From an uncultured Candidatus Binatia bacterium (GTDB taxonomy: Bacteria; Desulfobacterota; Binatia; UBA9968; CAXXLF01): a stretch of DNA of 64,000 bases. Positions 60,107-64,000 of this stretch are shown here, piece by piece. The translations under genes and the position numbers were made by a program. The notes beneath the pieces are model-generated. The model searched no databases, was not told the origin of the DNA, and saw nothing but the letters and a program-made list of their open reading frames with translations. Every line of letters starts with the position of its first letter. Position 1 is the first letter of the stretch. The stretch spans positions 3,264,001 to 3,328,000 of the forward strand of contig OZ244621.1 of assembly GCA_965218425.1 (NCBI GenBank), given 5' to 3'.

Positions 60107-61244
60107 CCTAGTCTTGTTGTCAATTTTGTATCTCCTGATGGTTCCTCTGGTCCATGGGGCTGACGTGCGGCAGGAGTTAAAGGGGATCGAAAAAAAGATA
60201 AAAAAGGAAAAAGAGGGGATTGCAAAGGTTCGTCGAAAAGAAGGATCCGTGCTCAAAGCTATGGAAGCAATCGAACAAGACCTGAACCGCAAAAACCGAA
60301 AACTGGAGGGCATCAGTCGGAGAATGGATTCCATCCTTCAGGGACTTCAAAAAACAGAGAATGAGCTGAAATCAGCGGAACTTTCTCTCCAAGCGAGAAG
60401 GAGGCTGCTAAAAAAACGGGCAAAGGCCCTCTATAAATGGCAGAGGGGGGGAAGCCCGTTTATCCTTCTTAACGGTGGAGATTCCATTGGAGAATTGATG
60501 CGTCGGAGACGCTACCTGGAGTTGATGCTGGCTAAGGATCAGGACCTCCTGCATAATCTACTCAAAGATTCCGCCCGTCAGGAGGCCTTGAAAGAAGACC
60601 TGGCGGCCAGGAAAAAGCATCTCGACAGGGAGCGCAGGGCCCTGGTGAAAGCAAAAGAAGCCGTGCGCAGGGATAAGGAAAAAAAACGGAGGTTGCTTGC
60701 CAAATTAGGGGGAGAAAAAGAGATGCGTACCCAGGCCCTTAAGGAATTAGAGCAAGCGGCTCGCAGGCTTCAAAGGATGATCGATGAAATTGGTCGCAAC
60801 AGCAACGTGAAATCCATGGAGGCGTATCCTTGGAGAGGATTTGGGGCCCTCAGGGGCAAGCTTGACCATCCTATCAAGGGAAAGGTGGTGGTGGGCTTCG
60901 GGGCCGGCAGGCATCCGGAGTTTTCTGAGGACCTGTTTCGTAACGGGATTGACATTAAGGCTTCTGTGGGCGAACAAATCAGGACCGTGGAGAGGGGTAA
61001 GGTGATCTTTGCCGACCGGTTCTCAGGATACGGGAAGATGATGATTATTGACCATGGGAAAAGATACTATACAGTTTATGCTCACCTTTCCAAGCTTTTA
61101 AAAGAACCGGGAGAAACGGTCAAAAGGGGCGAGCCCATTGCCCTTGCGGGGGGAAGCGGGTCCCTCCAGGGCTCCGGACTTTACTTCGAAATCCGTAAAG
61201 ACGGCAAACCCCTAAACCCCCTCCCCTGGTTTCGGAAGCGATAG
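60084..61244 (+). CDS. envC: Murein hydrolase activator EnvC (coiled coil + degenerate M23 domain)
   Basis: Signal peptide, long coiled coil, NGIDI, YAHL, LYFEIR; follows ftsEX; ATG 60084. Confidence 0.9.
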   Translation: MKRLRQISLVLLSILYLLMVPLVHGADVRQELKGIEKKIKKEKEGIAKVRRKEGSVLKAMEAIEQDLNRKNRKLEGISRRMDSILQGLQKTENELKSAELSLQARRRLLKKRAKALYKWQRGGSPFILLNGGDSIGELMRRRRYLELMLAKDQDLLHNLLKDSARQEALKEDLAARKKHLDRERRALVKAKEAVRRDKEKKRRLLAKLGGEKEMRTQALKELEQAARRLQRMIDEIGRNSNVKSMEAYPWRGFGALRGKLDHPIKGKVVVGFGAGRHPEFSEDLFRNGIDIKASVGEQIRTVERGKVIFADRFSGYGKMMIIDHGKRYYTVYAHLSKLLKEPGETVKRGEPIALAGGSGSLQGSGLYFEIRKDGKPLNPLPWFRKR

Positions 61245-61299
61245 ATATTTGATAGGTTTTCAGATACACTAAGAGTCATTCAATCAGAGGGGAAATTGC

Positions 61300-62646
61300 A
61301 TGAGTTTTTTGAAGAAACATGTAGCTGTGGTCCTCCTTGTGTTGCTCTGCGTCGGAGTAGGCTTTTCCCTCAGCGGTCAGGCAGTGACCAATGTTTTGGC
61401 GCTTGCTAAGAGCGAATATGAGACCATAGAAACCTTCACAAATATATTGGCCATTGTCCGGAAAAATTATGTGGACAATGTGAAAACGAAGGATTTGATT
61501 CTGGGTGCCATTGAGGGGATGTTAAATTCCTTGGATCCTCATAGCGCCTATTTGACCCCGGACATCTACAAAGAGCTTCAAATGGAAACCCAGGGCAGGT
61601 TTGGCGGCTTGGGCATTGAGATCACGGTTCGGCAAGGGGTCCTGACCGTAGTCTCCCCCATTGAGGACACGCCTGCGTTCAACGTCGGGATCAAGGCTGG
61701 GGACATGATCATTAAGATTGAAGGTGAATTTACCAAGGATATGACCCTCATGCAGGCGGTGAAGAAGATGCGGGGTGAGAAGGGGACTAAAATTACCATC
61801 TCGGTCAAGCGAGAAGGGGAGTCCAAGCTTTTGGACTTTACCATCATGCGTGACACAATTCGGATCAGAAGCGTCCGTTACCGAGCACTGGAGGACCAGT
61901 ATGTCTACCTCCGCGTGGCCCAGTTCCAGCAGCAGACCAACCGAGACTTGCGCAAGGCGCTGCAGGATCTGAAGGACAAGGCGGGAGGAATCAAGGGGCT
62001 TGTGCTTGATCTGCGCAACAATCCAGGCGGGCTGCTTACTCAGGCCGTGGAAGTGTCCGATCTCTTCCTAGATTCCGGTTTGATTGTTTACACAGAAGGA
62101 CGTTTGGACCACCAGCGACAAAAGTTCTTTGCCCATAAGAGGGGATCCTGGACAGAATTCCCCATGGTGGTGTTGGTCAACAGCGGGAGTGCCAGTGCTT
62201 CCGAAATCGTGGCTGGTGCCATGCAGGACCACAAACGGGCTATTGTTTTAGGGACTCAAACCTTTGGGAAAGGGTCGGTGCAGACCATTCTTCCCTTGGA
62301 CGATCATTCAGCTTTACGATTGACCACGGCTCGATATTTCACCCCCAAGGGTCGTTCGATTCAAGCCAAGGGAATCGTACCAGATATTGTCATGGATAAT
62401 CCCTCCAGAGGGGAGGCCCGGGCGGAGAGGCCGGGGTCCAGGGCGAGGGAGGAGAACCTCCGCGGTCATCTAGAAAGTCAGGAGAACCCGAATGCTCCTG
62501 AGACCTCAAAGGAAACAAAAGAAAAAAAATCCAATCTGCAGCGGAAAGTTGGAGACATCGAGAATGATCCCCAACTCAGGCGCGCCCTGGAGCTATTAAA
62601 GGGCTGGGAAGTGTTCAAGCAGCTTGTGGAAAAGCGGTCTGCCTGA
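61300..62646 (+). CDS. ctpA: Carboxyl-terminal processing protease (S41)
   Basis: LDPHS, PDZ GGLGI, DLRNNPGG, SASASE, FGKGSVQ. Confidence 0.95.
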   Translation: MSFLKKHVAVVLLVLLCVGVGFSLSGQAVTNVLALAKSEYETIETFTNILAIVRKNYVDNVKTKDLILGAIEGMLNSLDPHSAYLTPDIYKELQMETQGRFGGLGIEITVRQGVLTVVSPIEDTPAFNVGIKAGDMIIKIEGEFTKDMTLMQAVKKMRGEKGTKITISVKREGESKLLDFTIMRDTIRIRSVRYRALEDQYVYLRVAQFQQQTNRDLRKALQDLKDKAGGIKGLVLDLRNNPGGLLTQAVEVSDLFLDSGLIVYTEGRLDHQRQKFFAHKRGSWTEFPMVVLVNSGSASASEIVAGAMQDHKRAIVLGTQTFGKGSVQTILPLDDHSALRLTTARYFTPKGRSIQAKGIVPDIVMDNPSRGEARAERPGSRAREENLRGHLESQENPNAPETSKETKEKKSNLQRKVGDIENDPQLRRALELLKGWEVFKQLVEKRSA

Positions 62647-62928
62647 TTTACCGAATCGCAGCAAAGTTCGCCCGATGGGCTTTCAGTATTGAAAGATAGC
62701 CGTCTGAGGGAATTCCTAACTTCATTTTGGCTTTGCAATTGAGGGTCCCTTCTCAGCGCAGGGGGTACCCCACATTCAATCCACCAACGCCAAGCAATCC
62801 AACACCACGTTGAAAGCCGGCGTTACTTTTTACAATGATCTCCGTTCTTACGCTTGTTGTTGGGCGGATGGTGTTTGGGATCGCTGTGGGCGTGTTCCTA
62901 AGGACCTATTTTGTTCCAGGAGAAACCA

Positions 62929-64000
62929 ATGAAAAAAGATTCTGGGCCACCACTCTTCGATGAAACACGCTCCATTCTGACCGTGAGCGAACTAAACGAA
63001 ATCGTCAAGGGAACTCTGGAAAGGGAGCTGGATTATTGTTGGGTCGCGGGAGAGATCTCCAACTTTCGAGTGCCACCTTCAGGTCACTGTTATTTCACCC
63101 TCAAGGACGATAATTGCCAGCTTTCCGGGGTCATGTTCCGTAGTTACGCTCAGGGCCTTGGCTTTCAACCTGAGAACGGGATAGAGGTGCTCTGTTTTGG
63201 GCGTGTGAGCCTCTATACGGTCCGAGGGGACCTGCAGCTCTATGTGGAAACCGTGGAGCCCAAGGGCAAAGGGGCCCTCTATTTGGCCTTCGAACAACTC
63301 AAGAAACGCCTCTTAGAAGAGGGCCTGTTCGACGAGGAAAGAAAAAGGCCGCTTCCCATTTTACCCCGCACCATCGGGATTGTGACCTCGGCCCGGGGGG
63401 CTGCACTTCGGGATATGCTCCGAATATTGGGGGATCGATTCCCGCAACGTCGGGTGGTCATTCGGCCGGTGAAGGTCCAGGGGGAGGGGGCTGCACAAGA
63501 GATTGCAGAGGGGATTCGAGATGTGGTTGAGTCTCGATTGGTTGAAGTGGTCATCGTTGGTCGAGGGGGGGGGGCTCTGGAGGATCTTTGGGCGTTTAAC
63601 GAGGAGGTGGTTGCCCGGGCCATCTTCGCTTCAACCGTTCCAGTGATCTCTGCGGTGGGTCATGAGATTGACTTTACCATTGCCGACTTTGTAGCCGATC
63701 ATCGTGCGCCCACCCCCACAGCAGCGGCTGAAATGGTGGTCCCACGCAAATCAGACCTCATGGCCCAGAACCAGATTTTCCAGGGGCGCGTCATCAGGGC
63801 ATGTCAGGGAGCGATTTCACTTCAACGGGATCGATGGGAGCGCTTGGCGCGTAGGCTGGTGGACCCCACACGACGCTTGAGAGAGAACCAGATTCACCTC
63901 GATGAGCTTTCCCTGAGCCTGTGGCGCCGATGTCAGAATACTCTGGGCCGTTTTAAAGATCGCTTGGCGCCCCTGGCTGGACGCCTAGGGAGTCTCAGCC
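62929..64000 (+). CDS. xseA: Exodeoxyribonuclease VII large subunit (runs off window edge)
   Basis: Not in the ORF track. Manual translation: LTVSELN, GEISNF...SGHCYFTLKD, GRGGG.LEDLWAFN, SAVGHEIDFT..DFVAD.RAPTPTAAAE. Confidence 0.95.
   Translation, partial: MKKDSGPPLFDETRSILTVSELNEIVKGTLERELDYCWVAGEISNFRVPPSGHCYFTLKDDNCQLSGVMFRSYAQGLGFQPENGIEVLCFGRVSLYTVRGDLQLYVETVEPKGKGALYLAFEQLKKRLLEEGLFDEERKRPLPILPRTIGIVTSARGAALRDMLRILGDRFPQRRVVIRPVKVQGEGAAQEIAEGIRDVVESRLVEVVIVGRGGGALEDLWAFNEEVVARAIFASTVPVISAVGHEIDFTIADFVADHRAPTPTAAAEMVVPRKSDLMAQNQIFQGRVIRACQGAISLQRDRWERLARRLVDPTRRLRENQIHLDELSLSLWRRCQNTLGRFKDRLAPLAGRLGSLS

Noticed and set aside
60084..61244. Missing Zn ligands in the M23 domain as a novelty
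   Set aside because: A degenerate M23 active site is the known, normal state of EnvC.
62738..62780. Imperfect hairpin between ctpA and xseA as an ncRNA
   Set aside because: One imperfect stem with no recognisable family features; more likely a terminator or chance.

Overview
Bacterial DNA. The right end is a housekeeping block (LOG protein, TPP enzyme, B12/radical-SAM protein, ftsE-ftsX-envC-ctpA-xseA) whose gene order suggests a deltaproteobacterium-like lineage (inference only). Positions 1-52 kb are an accessory mosaic of mostly stand-alone catabolic genes: a divergently transcribed MsmA/MsmB-like Rieske oxygenase pair, 2 ornithine-cyclodeaminase paralogues, 2 GMC oxidoreductases, 3 alpha/beta hydrolases, 3 amidohydrolases, a CoA transferase, a CoA ligase, a cupin, and DHDPS- and PEP-mutase-family enzymes. 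It also holds orphan solute-binding proteins and several pseudogenes. An IS graveyard at 31.7-41.9 kb has an IS5/ISNCY remnant, two IS3 elements, two IS256 remnants sharing an apparently identical 751 bp, and a trapped DUF262 fragment. The best lead is a gene the ORF track truncates: an exported DUF411 metal-binding protein (31250-31732, minus) with an in-frame UGA at the first Cys of its CxCC motif, followed by a SECIS-like hairpin, i.e. a candidate selenoprotein. Other leads are several enzymes missing their family's canonical catalytic residues, an 87-aa internal repeat in the radical-SAM protein, and a ~170-nt nested-palindrome non-coding element. No rRNA, tRNA or CRISPR array was recognised. 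All family calls come from motif recognition by eye; no database search was run.
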